Below are positions 9,226 through 19,031 of a stretch of 52,509 nucleotides of DNA, one piece after another. A program made the translations under genes and the position numbers. Below the pieces are notes generated by a model, which saw nothing but the letters and a program-made list of their open reading frames with translations, was not told the origin of the DNA and searched no databases. Source of the DNA: Parachlamydiales bacterium (GTDB lineage: Bacteria > Chlamydiota > Chlamydiia > Chlamydiales > JAEYWL01); contig JAGVLX010000019.1 of NCBI GenBank assembly GCA_020054065.1, forward strand, positions 1-52,509, written 5' to 3'. How positions within the stretch are numbered: the first letter of the stretch is position 1; every line of letters begins with the position of its first letter.

Positions 9226-10227
9226 ATGACAGAAATTCCTTTGGTTCTTCCGGCGGTGGCAGATGGAGAAGATAAGCGTTCGCCCTTCAAAAATATCATC
9301 CGCAACAACTACAAGCATCTTAAGAAATGGGCTAAGCGCACGCATACCGACAGCTTCCGCATTTATGACCGAGAGGTTCATCATTACCCGCTGGCGATCG
9401 ATTTTTATGCCGGACGATTTTGCGTTCACTATTTTTCCCGCTTCAAAGATGACGAACCCTCGGATGCGTTGGTCAAAGAGGTCACGGATGTTTTAACTTC
9501 CCTCTTTCAAGCTGATCCGCAAGCCATTTATTGGCGTTCGCGCATTAAGCGGAGCAAATACCAGCAATACGAGAAAGCGGAACAACAGCAACAAGAGTTT
9601 TTTACTGTCTACGAGTATGGTCTGCAATTCAAAGTCAACTTGCTCGATTATCTGGATACCGGCTTGTTTTTAGACCATCGTGAAACGCGGAAAATGGTTG
9701 GCTCGCTTGCTAAAGGCAAGCGGGTGTTGAACTTGTTTGCCTATACGTGCGCTTTTAGCGTGCATGCAGCTGCAGGGGGAGCAATCTTCACCAAAAGCGT
9801 CGATATGTCAAATACCTATACCGCTTGGGGAAAAGAGAACTTCATTCTCAATGGACTGCCTTTGCAAAACAATGTGATTATCCGAGAAGATTGTGCGGTA
9901 TTTCTCCAAGATGAAATCCGGCATAAGAATAAATATGATATCATCATCATCGATCCTCCGACGCTCTCGCGCTCAAAAAAGATGGAAAAAATGTTCGATA
10001 TTCAAGAAGACTACATCACGCTGCTTGCGCGCGCCTACCGTCTCTTGGAGCAGGATGGAGTGATTTTTTTCAGTACAAATTCGCGTAAATTCCATTTTGA
10101 TGAAACGCTCTTGGGCTCATTTTCAGTCGCCGAAATCTCGGACAAAACCATTCCGCAAGACTTCCATGATCCCAAAATCCACCGCTGCTGGAGAATCCAA
10201 GCGCCCGAAAATGGTGCTTCAGCCTAA
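9226..10227 (+). CDS. class I SAM-dependent rRNA methyltransferase (RlmK/RlmI-like, C-terminal half of RlmKL)
   Basis: RIYDRE, YLDTGLFLDHR, LNLFAYT, DMSNTY and IIDPPT motifs. Start at 9214 or 9226. Confidence 0.88.
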   Translation: MTEIPLVLPAVADGEDKRSPFKNIIRNNYKHLKKWAKRTHTDSFRIYDREVHHYPLAIDFYAGRFCVHYFSRFKDDEPSDALVKEVTDVLTSLFQADPQAIYWRSRIKRSKYQQYEKAEQQQQEFFTVYEYGLQFKVNLLDYLDTGLFLDHRETRKMVGSLAKGKRVLNLFAYTCAFSVHAAAGGAIFTKSVDMSNTYTAWGKENFILNGLPLQNNVIIREDCAVFLQDEIRHKNKYDIIIIDPPTLSRSKKMEKMFDIQEDYITLLARAYRLLEQDGVIFFSTNSRKFHFDETLLGSFSVAEISDKTIPQDFHDPKIHRCWRIQAPENGASA

Positions 10228-10273
10228 ATGCGCGGTTGAGTTAAGCTCTTTCTCATCAATATGGAGGTATCTT

Positions 10274-11545
10274 ATGGAACCAGGTCCAGTACGGCCAACC
10301 GAACTTTCTCCCTTACTCGCGCGATTAGTCATTGATGAGTATAACCCGACCGCAGGAAATGCAGCGTCGCCCCCGCCTGCACCTGAACCGAAAGCTGAAG
10401 ACAGCGTGCCCAGCTCGCAACAAGAAAAGCAGGTTTTTGCTGCGATGCAGGCGGAACAGCGGAGGGTGATCGTCCATAAAGAGACTGCTCCCTTAAAAGT
10501 GCTTAGAGAAATGATCTTATCTGAGGAAAATATTCGGGCGCGGGCTGAAGAGCTGCTGAATTTAGTGCATGGCTTTTATGGAACAAACGTCATTAAAATC
10601 TTTGGCCAGAAAGAAATAAAAGCTTACCAGCCCGATTTTTCGCGTCCCAAAAATAATCTTGAAAAAGTGCTCTTCTCGCGCCCATTTAATCTTGAACCTG
10701 GACCGGAGGTGATGTTCAAAGAAGCCTGTAAAGAACATCCCCATTTAAAAGCAAGTGATTTACCTGAATTTAAATCTATCTGTAAAGAATTTAAAACGAA
10801 ATCCCAGCAGTTGATGCTCACAAATTTTCTATCGGAAGTTTATGGCGGATTGAATATCGAAGCCAAAGAGTATGATGAGAAATTTGCTATCATTCGTCAT
10901 CAATACATGGGAGCGGTTAGGTACATTGATCCCAAAACTTGGTGGCCGAAAGAAAAAGAATTTCTTCAGCTGCTCTTTAAAACCCTGAGTAGTGAATTGA
11001 ACGATCGTGCTTTAGAAGAACTGGACTTATTTGATAAGGACGTTCAAACCCATCCGAAGTTAGTCAGGGATTTCGTTGCGCTAAAGCTGCTCACGTTGCA
11101 AACGATCTGTTTGCGAACCGAAGAAGGTGTGCCTGAACTTAATTCATACCATCCAGGCGTTCATCCAACCCTTGGTGCACGAGTTTACTTAAGCTGTGCG
11201 CTTGAATATTTAGACGCGCATTTTGCCGAGTGCATTGCACCATCCGATTTTTCTTCTAATGACACGCTGGTAAGATTGTTAAAAATGTATCTATCCGCAG
11301 TATTGCCCATCTACCATTGCCAAAAATTCTTGATCGAAGATTCAAAGGGGGATGCTAAACCCATCAAATATGGAGATCTGCGTGATAAGATCGTTGCAGC
11401 GCTGATGGTACCCAAGTCTATGTATGCGCACTGTTATATGAGCATCCTGTTTCACGCGAGCTCGTTGACCGAAGAAACATTAAAAACACGCGCTGAAAAC
11501 CTCAGGCTTGAATTAGATAAAGATATCGTATCGTTGAAGTCATGA
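10274..11545 (+). CDS. hypothetical protein with Pro/Ser/Ala-rich N-terminus (candidate effector)
   Basis: GGAGGT SD before MEPGP; long ORF with no recognised motif. Confidence 0.75.
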   Translation: MEPGPVRPTELSPLLARLVIDEYNPTAGNAASPPPAPEPKAEDSVPSSQQEKQVFAAMQAEQRRVIVHKETAPLKVLREMILSEENIRARAEELLNLVHGFYGTNVIKIFGQKEIKAYQPDFSRPKNNLEKVLFSRPFNLEPGPEVMFKEACKEHPHLKASDLPEFKSICKEFKTKSQQLMLTNFLSEVYGGLNIEAKEYDEKFAIIRHQYMGAVRYIDPKTWWPKEKEFLQLLFKTLSSELNDRALEELDLFDKDVQTHPKLVRDFVALKLLTLQTICLRTEEGVPELNSYHPGVHPTLGARVYLSCALEYLDAHFAECIAPSDFSSNDTLVRLLKMYLSAVLPIYHCQKFLIEDSKGDAKPIKYGDLRDKIVAALMVPKSMYAHCYMSILFHASSLTEETLKTRAENLRLELDKDIVSLKS

Positions 11546-11570
11546 AACTAAGACGCAATTCAGCTAAGCG

Positions 11571-11783
11571 ATAGCGTGACTTGTCACGCGTAATAGAAAT
11601 GTTTGTTATACAATACACGCGACAAGTCGCGCTATTGAAAGCGGTAACAAGTTACCGCACTCCAAAGCCTCGCTAACGCTCAGCCCAAAAAGCAAAAAAA
11701 AGCAACGCCTTATTGGCGTTGCGGATGGTGTCCAGAGGGCTTTTGCCCTTTGGCAGGGGTTGTAAGGGGACAGAGTCCCCTTA
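11571..11783. repeat. cluster of REP-like palindromes between convergent genes
   Basis: IR ATAGCGTGACTTGTCACGCGTA / TACACGCGACAAGTCGCGCTAT; AAAGCGGTAACAAGTTACCGCACTCCAAAG (same family as 130-162 and 42021-42056); hairpins CCAGAGGGCTTTTGCCCTTTGG and TAAGGGGACAGAGTCCCCTTA. Confidence 0.8.
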
Positions 11784-12458
11784 CATATCGTAGCGGTCAG
11801 AGTCGTCGTTGCGTGGGATTTTGTCGATGAGGATTTGGATGAATTGTTCCCAGTTGCGGGCTTGGATGGAGGGGGTGATGAGGGCTGGGTCGATATTGAC
11901 ATTGCGGGCGAAGTCTTGGATGTATTCCGGTTTCATGTTGTTGCGTGCGGATTCTTCTTCGAGGCTATTTTTGGTGCCGTTGAAGAATTCGCCCCAGATC
12001 CAGCCGCGGTTGCGCATGGCGTGGAGGGAAGTTTTCATTTGGTCGTCGGTGAAGATTGTTTGGAGCCAGCGGAGGGGGTGGATGTGGTCGACGCGTGCGC
12101 CGGCGTCTTTGAGATCTTGGCGGTGGGCGGCGATGGAGATGAGGGAGCTCATGCCCATGGTGTTGATGATGTAGGCGATGTCATTTTTTTCGGTGGGGGT
12201 GACGAGGTGGTTGTAGTCGCGGGCGAGAGTGGCGGCTTTGGAGGCCAGTTTTTGCGGGGCGGCGGCCATGAAATCGAGGAGGAATTCGCCGTTGGAGCCG
12301 TAGTTGGATTGGAGTTCAGCGATGACAGAGGTGAACTCGGCGTTTTCGGTGATGTTGGTGATGGAGAGTTCTCCTTCGGGTGAGCGTGAGACGACATCGA
12401 ATCCGTAGACAGATGTTATCCCAATGAGTGTCAGTAAGATAGATAAATATAACTTCAT
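11781..12458 (-). CDS. conserved hypothetical exported protein, resembles a chlamydial family (VDHIHPLR motif)
   Basis: AGGAGG SD; signal-peptide-like MKLYLSILLTLIGITSVYG; strongly C-ending codons. Confidence 0.8.
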   Translation of the reverse strand: MKLYLSILLTLIGITSVYGFDVVSRSPEGELSITNITENAEFTSVIAELQSNYGSNGEFLLDFMAAAPQKLASKAATLARDYNHLVTPTEKNDIAYIINTMGMSSLISIAAHRQDLKDAGARVDHIHPLRWLQTIFTDDQMKTSLHAMRNRGWIWGEFFNGTKNSLEEESARNNMKPEYIQDFARNVNIDPALITPSIQARNWEQFIQILIDKIPRNDDSDRYDM

Positions 12459-12586
12459 GATCATCCTCCTAAGCGTTTGGTGTGTAACTACCATCAAGGA
12501 TTTAAGAATTGGAGGCAAGGGATATTTGTTTTTGAAAATATAGGGGTAAAGCAGTATCTTTGTCGTTCGATTTTAGGATAATAAGC

Positions 12587-13369
12587 ATGAAACATTTGTA
12601 TTTGATTTGTTGCGCGGGATTGTTGTTTTGGATATCGGCCGTGTGGGGGAATGATGATGTGGGATTATATCGTCATCAAATGTCGTTGGGACCGCAGGGG
12701 TGTCATGTAAAGCGGGTGAAGAAAGGGGGAACGCAGCAGGATGGAGAGGTGTATGGGGTCTCGTTCTCCTATGATCGTTTGAAGTACTGGGGGTGGTATT
12801 GGGGAGTGGGAGCCGATTATGCCTCAGGAGTATTGGACGGGCATTCGGGCAATCGCAAACCTTTGAAGTCCCATTTTAAGGATGGACAGGTGGATGGCCG
12901 ATTTGGATACACCTTTCAGCAGGCGGAAGGGTTTCAGGTAGCGTTGACGCCGTTTATTGGGGGAGGCTATGCTGTTGAGAAGAACGATTTTGTTTCGCCC
13001 AGTCCGTTGCCGGTGCATTTTAAAACCCGTTATGCGTTTGTGGAGTGGGGAGTGTTGTCGTGGGCGCATGTGTATGGGCGTGTTGAGGCGGGACTAAATG
13101 TGAAGATGCGTCTCCCTTTGGCGCCGAAGTGCTGGGTATCGAACGATCCGAAATATGAGCCCATGACGCAGCGAATGGGGGATCGGGTGCAGTATCGCGT
13201 GGATCTTCCCATTACCTATCGTTTAGGATTTCGGGATCATGTGAATGTCGTGGTGGATCCGTTCTTTGAGTACCGCAGTTATGGCGGGCATGTCAATTAT
13301 CCGTTTGATTACTTTGAGACAAAGTTCACGTTATGGGGAGTTGCATTGCAGCTGCAATACCGGATCTAA
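12587..13369 (+). CDS. putative outer-membrane beta-barrel protein
   Basis: Signal peptide, alternating Gly/aromatic strands (GRFGYTF, LTPFIGGGY) and C-terminal LQLQYRI. Confidence 0.75.
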   Translation: MKHLYLICCAGLLFWISAVWGNDDVGLYRHQMSLGPQGCHVKRVKKGGTQQDGEVYGVSFSYDRLKYWGWYWGVGADYASGVLDGHSGNRKPLKSHFKDGQVDGRFGYTFQQAEGFQVALTPFIGGGYAVEKNDFVSPSPLPVHFKTRYAFVEWGVLSWAHVYGRVEAGLNVKMRLPLAPKCWVSNDPKYEPMTQRMGDRVQYRVDLPITYRLGFRDHVNVVVDPFFEYRSYGGHVNYPFDYFETKFTLWGVALQLQYRI

Positions 13370-14292
13370 TAGAACACCGTGCAGCCGCGTTGTTCAAGCT
13401 TGTCGAGCCATCTTGGGAGTGTCAGGTTTTTGTTCAACCTGAGATCTAATTTTTCTAATTGAGACAATTTTTGAATGGATTCGGGAATGGAGCTGAGTTG
13501 GTTATCTCGCAGATCCAGCGTCCGCAAACGGCTCAGGTTGCCGATGGAATCGGGGATGGACGTTAGTTGATTGGTGCGTAGGTCCAGATCGGTTAAGTTT
13601 GCGAGCTCTCCGATGGAGTCGGGGAGGGTTTGCAGCAAGTTATCCTCTAGGAGTAATTTGCGCAGCTGTTTGAGGCGGCCGATGGTGTGCGGCAGAGTCG
13701 CGAGCTTGTTATGCATGGCGTGCCATTCGCGCAGTCGCGCGAGGTTGCTAATGGAATCGCTCACGGAACTGATGGAGTTATTGTACATGCGCAGTTCCAG
13801 CAAGTGGACTAGTCCGCTGACGCCATCAGGTAGTAGCGTGAGTTGGTTGTAGGTGATATTAAGGTAAAGCAAAGAATGAAGTTGTGCCAAGCTTGATGGC
13901 AGCGTAGTGAGGCCGGTGCTGGCAACGTAGAGGTACTGGAGATTGGTTAACTGCCCGATCGATTCAGGTAAGGTGCCGAGCGGATTGTAGTTAAGATCGA
14001 GGACGCGCAAGTTTTTGAGCCGCCCGATGTGTTCTGGAAGGGACGCAAGCTGATTAACGCTGGCATTGATGCGTTCGAGTTGGGGCATTTCAAAAAACAC
14101 GTTAGGGAATGTATGAAGCTCGTTTTTGTAGAGGCTTAACCATTTTAATCGATTTAATTTGGCAAAATCGGATGGGATCTCTCGGATCTTATTTTTATCG
14201 AGCCATAAAGCTTCGATCTCACGCGAATGATCGTAGAGCTGCGGGGGAATTGTGGTTAACTGCTGATTGGATAAGTTGAGGATTTGATTCAT
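13366..14292 (-). CDS. leucine-rich repeat protein
   Basis: About 12 23-aa repeats LxxLxLxxNxLxxLPxxIGxL. Confidence 0.95.
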   Translation of the reverse strand: MNQILNLSNQQLTTIPPQLYDHSREIEALWLDKNKIREIPSDFAKLNRLKWLSLYKNELHTFPNVFFEMPQLERINASVNQLASLPEHIGRLKNLRVLDLNYNPLGTLPESIGQLTNLQYLYVASTGLTTLPSSLAQLHSLLYLNITYNQLTLLPDGVSGLVHLLELRMYNNSISSVSDSISNLARLREWHAMHNKLATLPHTIGRLKQLRKLLLEDNLLQTLPDSIGELANLTDLDLRTNQLTSIPDSIGNLSRLRTLDLRDNQLSSIPESIQKLSQLEKLDLRLNKNLTLPRWLDKLEQRGCTVFY

Positions 14293-14906
14293 GGGGCTGG
14301 GGGATTGTACCGTTTTGCGTCTTCATTTTTTACAGCTTGCATAAACGTATCGAGCTCGGCTTTGCTGGTAAAGGCTTTGACGGTGGCGTCTGGACGGTCG
14401 ATATTGGCGACCCCTTGTAGATGGTCGTATTCATGTTGAAAGACTTTGGCTGCGAACCCTTCGAGCTCTTTTTTTACCGATTCGCCATCCACGTTAAGGT
14501 AGGTGACTTCGATTTTCTCATAACGGGGAATTTTGGCGAGCTTCCAGGTTTTGTCGCTGAGGATGACTGAAAAACACCCTTCCCATCCTTCAACCATTGC
14601 GGTTCCGACCGGTGTAAAATGGGGATTGATGACCACTTCAAGATGTTTAGGGTCCCGATCGTAGCTATAGATAAAGATGGAACGGCTGATGCCGATTTGC
14701 GGAGCCGCAAGTCCAGCAGCCGGCATAAAAGGAGTCAGGGCGTCGGTCAATTGGATGGCAATTTGACGTGCTTCTGGAAGTTGTTCAAGGGTAAACGGAG
14801 TTGTCTTAGTCCGCAGGATGTGTTGTTGCGGGCTGTCTACAGTAATGATGGGCAGAGGAGGAGTGGCGGTCATCAGTAAAGCTCCGAGCAGGAATGTAAT
14901 CAACAT
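14289..14906 (-). CDS. def: peptide deformylase
   Basis: AAGLAAPQIG, EGCFS and QHEYDHLQG motifs. Confidence 0.92.
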   Translation of the reverse strand: MLITFLLGALLMTATPPLPIITVDSPQQHILRTKTTPFTLEQLPEARQIAIQLTDALTPFMPAAGLAAPQIGISRSIFIYSYDRDPKHLEVVINPHFTPVGTAMVEGWEGCFSVILSDKTWKLAKIPRYEKIEVTYLNVDGESVKKELEGFAAKVFQHEYDHLQGVANIDRPDATVKAFTSKAELDTFMQAVKNEDAKRYNPPAP

Positions 14907-14975
14907 ACAGGAAGTTGTATCAAAGCAGCCGTTTTAGGTAAATTCTCTTCTAGTATTCGTGTTTATTCATAGGGA

Positions 14976-15103
14976 AAATTAACCACAGAGACACAGAGGC
15001 ACAGAGAAGAAAATAATAGTTGCAAAATCCTTTCTACAATCTAGCTTATGCAGGCGCAATTATATGAGTTTTGTTTTCTTCTCTGTGCCTCTGTGGTTAA
15101 TTT
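14976..15103. repeat. MITE/REP-like element, AATTAACCACAGAG family, copy 1
   Basis: Left AATTAACCACAGAGACACAGAGGCACAGAGAAGAAAA; right TTTTCTTCTCTGTGCCTCTGTGGTTAATT. Confidence 0.9.
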
Positions 15104-15107
15104 ATGA

Positions 15108-16445
15108 TTACTCTTCCTGCGGAACCGGAACTTGGACTACTCGGTAGGCTGTTGTAAAGTACATCGCGATGCCGATGGACAATAAGACCGCATAAATGAC
15201 AAGCGAGCTCATGCCGTTTAAAAAGAAGCTGCGGATGCATGCCGTCATTAAAATGGCGCAACTAGCTATTCCTAATAGGGGAATCCATTTGCTGATGGTT
15301 GCCTCCGGATTGTGCTTACGAGCACGCAACAGGGATGCGACGCTAAACGAATAAGCAATCACACAGCCGAGCGCTCCGATCTGCTGCAGCGGAATCAGCA
15401 CACCCTGGCTCACAAACAAATAGATCATGCAGAGCGAACCCTCCACAAGCACACAAGCGGCCGGAATTAGGTTCTTATTGAACCGCGTGAAGATCCGCGA
15501 GAACCACACATGCTGATTCTGCGCCAGCACATGCAAGTTCCAGCAGTTGCTGAAGATAATCCCATACGCGGCCCCCAACGTCGATGTGGCAATCGCAATG
15601 TGTAAAATTCCTTCAAATTTATCGGTAAGGAGGGTTGATCCCATTAGCCGGTTTAAGAAAACCGGGAAAATATCGCAATGGCTTTTACACGCTACAAGCA
15701 GTTGCCCTAAAGCACCGTAAAAGACCGATTGGTAGAGGGTAGCGATCAAAATAACAACCGTGAACGAGACCACCACAGCCAGCGGAGCGTTCTTTTGGGC
15801 GTTCCGGATCTTGCCGCTCATCGAACAAGCGGCTTCAAACCCAATCACTGCATAGATCACCAAAGGCAGGCTCGTTTGCAGCCCTTCCCACTTTACCTGG
15901 GAGTAACTGAAATTCTCCGGCTGCAGCAAAAACAACCCCGCTAGAATCGCAAAGAAGATCGGGAAGATTTTGAATACGATAAACATTTTTTGAATTGCGC
16001 TGCCGGCTTTGATGTTCAATAAATTGAGCGCGCTGAAGAGACAGACCACTAAAAAGTCCAGAATAAAGGTGTGGATGTGCCCCAACACCGGAAAAATATG
16101 TTGCAGCAGGGTCACCGACACATGAATCATCAACATGCACGAGGCGATCTTTGAGGTAAAATAACTCCATCCGCTGAGGAATCCCATAAACGGATTCATC
16201 TCTTTTTGGGCAAAAGTGTAGAATCCGCCGGCCGGGTGCAGTTTCAGGAGCTGAGCGATCGATAGGATCAGCGGCAGCATCAGCACTCCGACTAGTATGT
16301 ACATGAACGCTCCCAGCACCCCAGCGCGTTGGGCTAGGGTAGGGGTGTTAATGAAAATTCCAGCGCCGAGCATGATATTGATGTTGATCAAGATCGCGGT
16401 CGTGAGAGAGATTTTATGGTCTTCTGTGGGGGCCAAAGCGCTCAT
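15108..16445 (-). CDS. APC-family amino acid permease
   Basis: NIMLGAGIF, PAGGFYTF, YAVIGFE motifs; about 12 TM segments. Confidence 0.92.
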   Translation of the reverse strand: MSALAPTEDHKISLTTAILININIMLGAGIFINTPTLAQRAGVLGAFMYILVGVLMLPLILSIAQLLKLHPAGGFYTFAQKEMNPFMGFLSGWSYFTSKIASCMLMIHVSVTLLQHIFPVLGHIHTFILDFLVVCLFSALNLLNIKAGSAIQKMFIVFKIFPIFFAILAGLFLLQPENFSYSQVKWEGLQTSLPLVIYAVIGFEAACSMSGKIRNAQKNAPLAVVVSFTVVILIATLYQSVFYGALGQLLVACKSHCDIFPVFLNRLMGSTLLTDKFEGILHIAIATSTLGAAYGIIFSNCWNLHVLAQNQHVWFSRIFTRFNKNLIPAACVLVEGSLCMIYLFVSQGVLIPLQQIGALGCVIAYSFSVASLLRARKHNPEATISKWIPLLGIASCAILMTACIRSFFLNGMSSLVIYAVLLSIGIAMYFTTAYRVVQVPVPQEE

Positions 16446-16621
16446 GCCTACCTTGCTAGGTCTTTTTTAAAATTATTTTTATACAGTTTCTGCTTATTTA
16501 TATCAGAAACTTACACAAAACAATAATTATAGCAAAAAAATCAAAAAAAATCTAGCTTGTTTTTGAATATAACTGACTAATAATAAATTTTGTAGATTTT
16601 AGCCTTCCTTTGGAGGATTGT

Positions 16622-17062
16622 ATGGAAAAGCAATTGGAAAATTACCTGCACCGGCACATCCCGATTTCCAAGGCCATGGGGATAACTGTTGCCGTTGCCA
16701 CTAAGGACAAAGTGGTTTTAGAGGCATCGTTTAGGGAGAACATTAACCACAAGCAGACGGTGTTTGGGGGGAGTTTGCATGCTGCTGCGACGTTGGCGTG
16801 CTGGTCCTTGTTGCATCTCAATTTGAAATCGTGCAATGAAACGTTTCAAATCGTCATTACGCATAGTGAAACGGAGTTTAAAGCTCCCGTTGCGGACGAT
16901 TTTGCAGCCGTGTGTTTGAAGCCCGATCCAGCAGATTGGAACCGATTTGTTCATATGCTTGAGCGGAAAAAGCGCGCCCGTATTCGTTTGACCGCTACCA
17001 TTGAGCACGCTGGTCGAGTGTCCGTGAACTATCACGCAACGTTTGCCGCCCTTGACAGTTAA
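16622..17062 (+). CDS. YiiD C-terminal-like hotdog thioesterase
   Basis: HIPISKAMG and NINHKQTVFGGS; GGAGG SD. Confidence 0.88.
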   Translation: MEKQLENYLHRHIPISKAMGITVAVATKDKVVLEASFRENINHKQTVFGGSLHAAATLACWSLLHLNLKSCNETFQIVITHSETEFKAPVADDFAAVCLKPDPADWNRFVHMLERKKRARIRLTATIEHAGRVSVNYHATFAALDS

Positions 17063-17114
17063 ACGGTAAACAACCAGATTGTTAGTGAATCATAAATTTT
17101 TAAGTGAGAAACCG

Positions 17115-18116
17115 ATGAAATTTCGCAAACTTGGAAAAAACGGACCTAAAGTTTCTGCCCTTGGCTTAGGTTGCATGGGTATTTCAGAAAATTACGGCCC
17201 GACAGATGAAAAGACGGGGATAGAAGTGATTCAAAAAGCCAATGAAATGGGAATCACTTTTTTTGATACAGCAGATATGTATGGTCGGGGAGCCAATGAA
17301 ACCTTGTTGGGAAGAGCTGTTAAGGGATTTCGCGAAAATATCGTGATCGCTACCAAGTGCGGAATCGAGCGCATCGGTGAGGAGATGCGTTTTAATAACT
17401 CGCCTGAATACATTAAAAAGGCATGCGACGCCAGTTTGAAACGTTTAGGAATCGATCAGATTGATCTCTATTATTTGCACCGCTACAATCCTGAAGTTCC
17501 CATCGAAACATCGATGCAAGCGATGCTTGACTTGGTTCAAGCAGGCAAAATTTTGTATGTCGGCCTCTCTGAAGTAGATGGCGAAATTGTAGAGCGTGCG
17601 CATAGAGTGTTAGGGGATAAATTGGTTGCTCTTCAATCGGAATATTCGATTATGAACCGGATCGCTGGAGATGTTGCTTTGCCAGTGTGCCGTAAATTAG
17701 GAGTCGGTTTCGTACCGTTTAGTCCAATTGGCAGAGGTCTACTAACTGGCAAAATCAAGGATCCAAAAATGTTTACTCAAAGCAGTGCATTTGATTTCCG
17801 GAGTATCCATCCGCAATTCCAGAAAGATACCTATCGGAATAATTTGAAGCTGGTGGATGCCCTGCATGCGATTGCCGAAAAGAAAAAATGCACGACAGCG
17901 CAACTGTCGTTAGCCTGGCTGTTGGCGCAAGGGGATGACATGGTGCCAATCCCAGGTACTAAAAGGCTGGACTACTTAAAAGAGAACATTGGGTCGCTGG
18001 ACGTCATCCTTTCAAAAGAAGATTTGGCAGCGATCGACACAGTGATAAAGCAGCATCCTGTCGCTGGCGCCCGCTATCCGGAAGCCATATTAAAAATCGC
18101 CTACCTTAAGTTTTAA
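17115..18116 (+). CDS. aldo/keto reductase
   Basis: GLGCMG, FDTADMYG, IATK, LYYLHR and IPGTK motifs. Confidence 0.95.
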   Translation: MKFRKLGKNGPKVSALGLGCMGISENYGPTDEKTGIEVIQKANEMGITFFDTADMYGRGANETLLGRAVKGFRENIVIATKCGIERIGEEMRFNNSPEYIKKACDASLKRLGIDQIDLYYLHRYNPEVPIETSMQAMLDLVQAGKILYVGLSEVDGEIVERAHRVLGDKLVALQSEYSIMNRIAGDVALPVCRKLGVGFVPFSPIGRGLLTGKIKDPKMFTQSSAFDFRSIHPQFQKDTYRNNLKLVDALHAIAEKKKCTTAQLSLAWLLAQGDDMVPIPGTKRLDYLKENIGSLDVILSKEDLAAIDTVIKQHPVAGARYPEAILKIAYLKF

Positions 18117-18118
18117 GA

Positions 18119-18400
18119 AACAGGACCAGGGCATTCACAACAATCAGGACAAAAACCTTTGCTATTAAAAACACGACCAAATTATCGGGCCCTTGGCCCT
18201 CATGAATAATAGAAAGTGTTTTGTCATTGAAACATTGCTTTAGGGCTGTAAGTCCGGCAATTTTAAAGCCTAGTCCAAGCGAGTGATAGCGAGCGCAGGG
18301 CTAGGTTAGGCAAATCCAAAATCATTGAGGACTGTAAGTCCGGCACAAAAAAAATGTTCTTAAGTTGATGCGTATGCCGTACGTCCTGTATCTCCTGTTA
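18119..18400. repeat. degenerate MITE/REP cluster
   Basis: 18-bp direct repeat AGG(G/A)CTGTAAGTCCGGCA at 18242 and 18328 flanks hairpin 18267-18307. Imperfect TIR pair GGCATTCACAACAA (18130) / TTGATGCGTATGCC (to 18378). Confidence 0.6.
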
Positions 18401-18503
18401 ATCATTATTTAATATTTTATTATTACAATCTTTTAACATTGATTGTTAAGCTTCCGTTAATTATAATAACTTTCATTTTAATTATAATAATTAATAAAAA
18501 TAC

Positions 18504-19031
18504 ATGAATAATACACCTGTCAGAATTGACATTGACCCAATCCTATCCGATCCTTGCAATACAGGCACACACATCGCCCTGAAATTCCACCACAATGCGT
18601 GGAACATACTCCCCTTTCATGCTACCAAACGACACGATACAACAATCATCACCGATATCAGCAAGATCGCCGAAATCCTCAACTCACCAAATCTTGAAAT
18701 CACTCCAACATTCCCCATCTTGAAGTTGACTAAGCGAATCAATCAACTTGTCTTTGAACAAAACGTGCGCAATGAACTCAGACGAAACACAATGGGTGGA
18801 TCTTTACTGCTCGCTATTCCCTATGTCAAAGCGTGTGTCCATTGGAGGGCGCCTGAGATTATCTATCCCACCGGGTTCACCTTGAAGGCCATCCAAGCTC
18901 ATGTAGTAGGCACTGGCCAATCTTTTGACGTGCTGACTCGTATGAACCTCGATGCTCTCGAACAACAGATTCAAGACTTGATGCGATATTGCCTCTACAC
19001 ACCGGATGAGTTGCATCAACTGCAATCCTAA
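18504..19031 (+). CDS. N-terminal part of paralogue 1 of the ~1490-aa family (separated by a +1 frameshift)
   Basis: Aligns with the N-termini of 22987 and 27692 ORFs (ITDIxKIAEILNSP, LKLTKRINQL, LLLAIPYVK). Confidence 0.85.
   Translation: MNNTPVRIDIDPILSDPCNTGTHIALKFHHNAWNILPFHATKRHDTTIITDISKIAEILNSPNLEITPTFPILKLTKRINQLVFEQNVRNELRRNTMGGSLLLAIPYVKACVHWRAPEIIYPTGFTLKAIQAHVVGTGQSFDVLTRMNLDALEQQIQDLMRYCLYTPDELHQLQS

Noticed and set aside
9085-9308. Apparent head-to-head overlap of the ADH and methyltransferase ORFs
   Set aside because: This is an artefact of longest-ORF starts. The likely starts (9143 and 9214/9226) leave a normal divergent spacer.
11606-11902. 98-aa ORF (likewise 91-315, 51893-52087, 52002-52184, 52112-52354)
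   Set aside because: These are translations of repeat DNA or alternative frames, with no RBS or protein-like motifs.
11809-12397. Overlapping ORFs of 121, 182 and 82 aa
   Set aside because: These are shadow frames caused by extreme codon skew in the real minus-strand gene.
14976-15103. CACAGAG tandem units as a possible CRISPR array
   Set aside because: The units are 9-10 bp with no spacers, they are arranged as inverted arms, and no cas genes are present.
16446-16621. Possible leader peptide or riboswitch before the APC permease
   Set aside because: It is only an AT-rich divergent promoter region, with no convincing mini-ORF or terminator seen.
19006-19029. ATG at 19006 as an independent start of the 1323-aa ORF
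   Set aside because: MSCINCNP has no counterpart in the paralogues and there is no convincing SD. Homology stays in the upstream frame until 19028.
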